Positions 53,264-54,713 of a stretch of 54,713 nt of DNA are shown here, one piece after another (within the stretch, counting starts at the first letter, position 1; each line of letters starts with the position of its first letter). Location: positions 1 to 54,713 of IMG/VR virus record IMGVR_UViG_3300032117_000037. One strand, given 5' to 3'. Under the pieces are notes generated by a model. The model was not told the origin of the DNA. It made no database searches and worked only from the letters and a program-made list of their open reading frames with translations. The stretch comes from a virus. Its lineage: Duplodnaviria > Caudoviricetes. Both the position numbers and the translations under genes were made by a program.

Positions 53264-53432
53264 TTGGTTTGATGAGGAATTAGATAAATTTTATGGTGAT
53301 ACCAATAATGGAATGACACATGGCATACTATTATTTGACAATGAAGCACAAGATGTCATAGATGTTCAATGGTATCTTTTACAGTCTAAAAGAGATGAAG
53401 AGTTAGAACAATTACAAACGGAGGGTATTTAA
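53244..53432 (+). CDS. acidic hypothetical protein (start MNYIAVDW)
   Basis: AAGGAG RBS. Confidence 0.55.
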   Translation: MNYIAVDWFDEELDKFYGDTNNGMTHGILLFDNEAQDVIDVQWYLLQSKRDEELEQLQTEGI

Positions 53433-53434
53433 TC

Positions 53435-53794
53435 ATGGGTTATAGAAGCCAAATAGCAAGTATCATTTATGATAAAAAAGAAATTATGGATAAATTCAAA
53501 GCTGACCATGCAGACATAATCAAAATATTAGATGATGAATTTAATGACGGGTCATTAAAATATATTAGTAGTGAAGATTATGATTTCATATATTTGAATG
53601 GTAATGATTGGAAATGGTATCAAACATTTAAGGAAGTTAAAGCATGGGAAGAACTTATGGATTTGGCAGACAAAGAAAAGTTATCTGTTGAGTTTGTAAG
53701 AATTGGTGATGATTATGATGATGTTGAGGTGGATTATAGAAACGATCCTCAATATTATTTAACACCGATTAGAACCATTGAAGCTAGTTTTTAA
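53435..53794 (+). CDS. conserved phage protein
   Basis: MGYRS, WKWY and FVRIGDDYDDVE motifs. Confidence 0.75.
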   Translation: MGYRSQIASIIYDKKEIMDKFKADHADIIKILDDEFNDGSLKYISSEDYDFIYLNGNDWKWYQTFKEVKAWEELMDLADKEKLSVEFVRIGDDYDDVEVDYRNDPQYYLTPIRTIEASF

Positions 53795-53824
53795 TAACAT
53801 TGTTTAAACAACACGGAGAGGGAA

Positions 53825-54004
53825 ATGACTAAAGATCAAAAATTGGAAGCATTAATTAATCGTGATATGGATAACATATTTAGCGACTATAAGGAGTTGG
53901 AACAGTTTGTAGCTTATGTGTTAAAAAATGGTTATGAGGGGTATGGCAAGTTAAACTCTGAAGATATTGACGGAATTTATACAGATATATTTGAGGAGGA
54001 ATAA
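53825..54004 (+). CDS. 59-aa acidic protein (not in ORF track), paralog-like to the next gene
   Basis: GGAGAGG RBS; VLKNGYEGYGKLNSEDI. Confidence 0.6.
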   Translation: MTKDQKLEALINRDMDNIFSDYKELEQFVAYVLKNGYEGYGKLNSEDIDGIYTDIFEEE

Positions 54005-54005
54005 A

Positions 54006-54191
54006 ATGAATAGAGATAAGATGATTCAAAGATTGGTTAATGAAAACTTATCATTATGCCAAAACAATACAGAGGTGAATGACGGAGTTATTTTTGATTT
54101 ACTTATGTATGGATTCAAAGGATATGAAAACATGAGTATAAAAGAACTTGAAGATGAATTAGGTGATTTAGATGAGGTGCAAGATGATTAA
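54006..54191 (+). CDS. acidic hypothetical protein (start MNRDKMI)
   Basis: GAGGAGG RBS; LLMYGFKGYENMSIKEL. Confidence 0.65.
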   Translation: MNRDKMIQRLVNENLSLCQNNTEVNDGVIFDLLMYGFKGYENMSIKELEDELGDLDEVQDD

Positions 54192-54348
54192 ATACAAAGG
54201 CGATACAGCGTCAATAGATAATTTAGGGGACGCATTAGAACTATTTGCTAAACATGGGATATGGGTATTAATATCAAACAAAGCAAAAAAAGACCCTTAT
54301 GGCGAACGTTTAAGATTGGCATTTTTTAAGGAGGTGGAAAAAACATGA
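54184..54348 (+). CDS. 54-aa hypothetical protein (not in ORF track)
   Basis: GAGGT RBS; coupled on both sides. Confidence 0.5.
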   Translation: MIKYKGDTASIDNLGDALELFAKHGIWVLISNKAKKDPYGERLRLAFFKEVEKT

Positions 54349-54551
54349 TTACGCACGCACAATTAACAGAGTGGTTTGGTGGAAAAGGCAATTTTGATAC
54401 AGAGGATTGTTTGGAAGTATTGTTAAGTTTAGTCAATCAAGAATACTCAATTAGAGCATTTAAGAATGACATTTACGAAACGCTAGACATTGAACCGAAT
54501 GGATATACAACACCTAAATTTGAACCAACAGAAGATGATGATGTTGCATAA
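54345..54551 (+). CDS. hypothetical protein
   Basis: AAGGAGG RBS. Confidence 0.6.
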   Translation: MITHAQLTEWFGGKGNFDTEDCLEVLLSLVNQEYSIRAFKNDIYETLDIEPNGYTTPKFEPTEDDDVA

Positions 54552-54636
54552 AAACAACAAATAGGCGGGACATGGGTTGCCTAGAAAGAGTAAGTGTGGT
54601 AAGGTTATAAGTCCTGCCTTTCAATAAGGAGAAGCT

Positions 54637-54713
54637 ATGCAAGAATTAGAGGTTGCAAGTGCCTGTTTGGGATTGATTTTATTCGGTGAAGCGGGTAATG
54701 ATTTCAATAACCA
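54637..54713 (+). CDS. partial CDS, possibly SleB/Hydrolase_2-like cell-wall hydrolase
   Basis: AAGGAG RBS; ACLGLILFGEA resembles CLA..IY.EA; truncated by the window end. Confidence 0.35.
   Translation, partial: MQELEVASACLGLILFGEAGNDFNN

Noticed and set aside
54562-54620. AGGCGGGAC/GTCCTGCCT stem as a tRNA or ncRNA
   Set aside because: A single stem with no cloverleaf, T-loop or CCA; insufficient evidence
1-54713. tRNA genes, integrase/att sites, stop-codon reassignment
   Set aside because: No tRNA-like cloverleaf or integrase was recognised; TAA, TAG and TGA all end intact full-length genes under the standard code

Overview
The window is a low-GC, tailed dsDNA phage genome segment with podovirus-like architecture: no tape-measure, sheath or tube genes are evident, and it carries a P22-like nozzle and several ejection proteins. 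A ~45 kb minus-strand late module (49836->5071) runs terS, LexA-like HTH, terL, 2OG-Fe(II) oxygenase, portal, GroES, scaffold, decoration protein, Mu-gpT-type major capsid protein, small basic core proteins, adaptors, a large tail-fibre set, a lysis cassette, nozzle and ejection proteins. Short plus-strand early and accessory genes flank it. No polymerase or integrase is visible. Highlights: (1) a RiPP-like module in the tail-fibre region, made of three paralogous ~90-aa mini-fibre proteins ending in (NC)n/CxCxCxC, an unknown protein, a 2OG-Fe(II) oxygenase and a radical SAM/SPASM enzyme; (2) a 23-aa pqqA (PQQ precursor) missed by the ORF track, with its own RBS and terminator, suggesting a Methylophilaceae host; (3) a Fur-box-like palindrome overlapping a near-consensus sigma70 promoter of the late operon; (4) a recurring hydrophobic-x-x-G-G motif at module junctions of many internal proteins; (5) a double-pseudoknot RNA element separated from the capsid gene by an inverted glycosyltransferase/methyltransferase cassette; (6) a GIY-YIG endonuclease that appears to have captured the start codon of an adaptor gene. 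All assignments come from reading motifs by eye; no searches were run.
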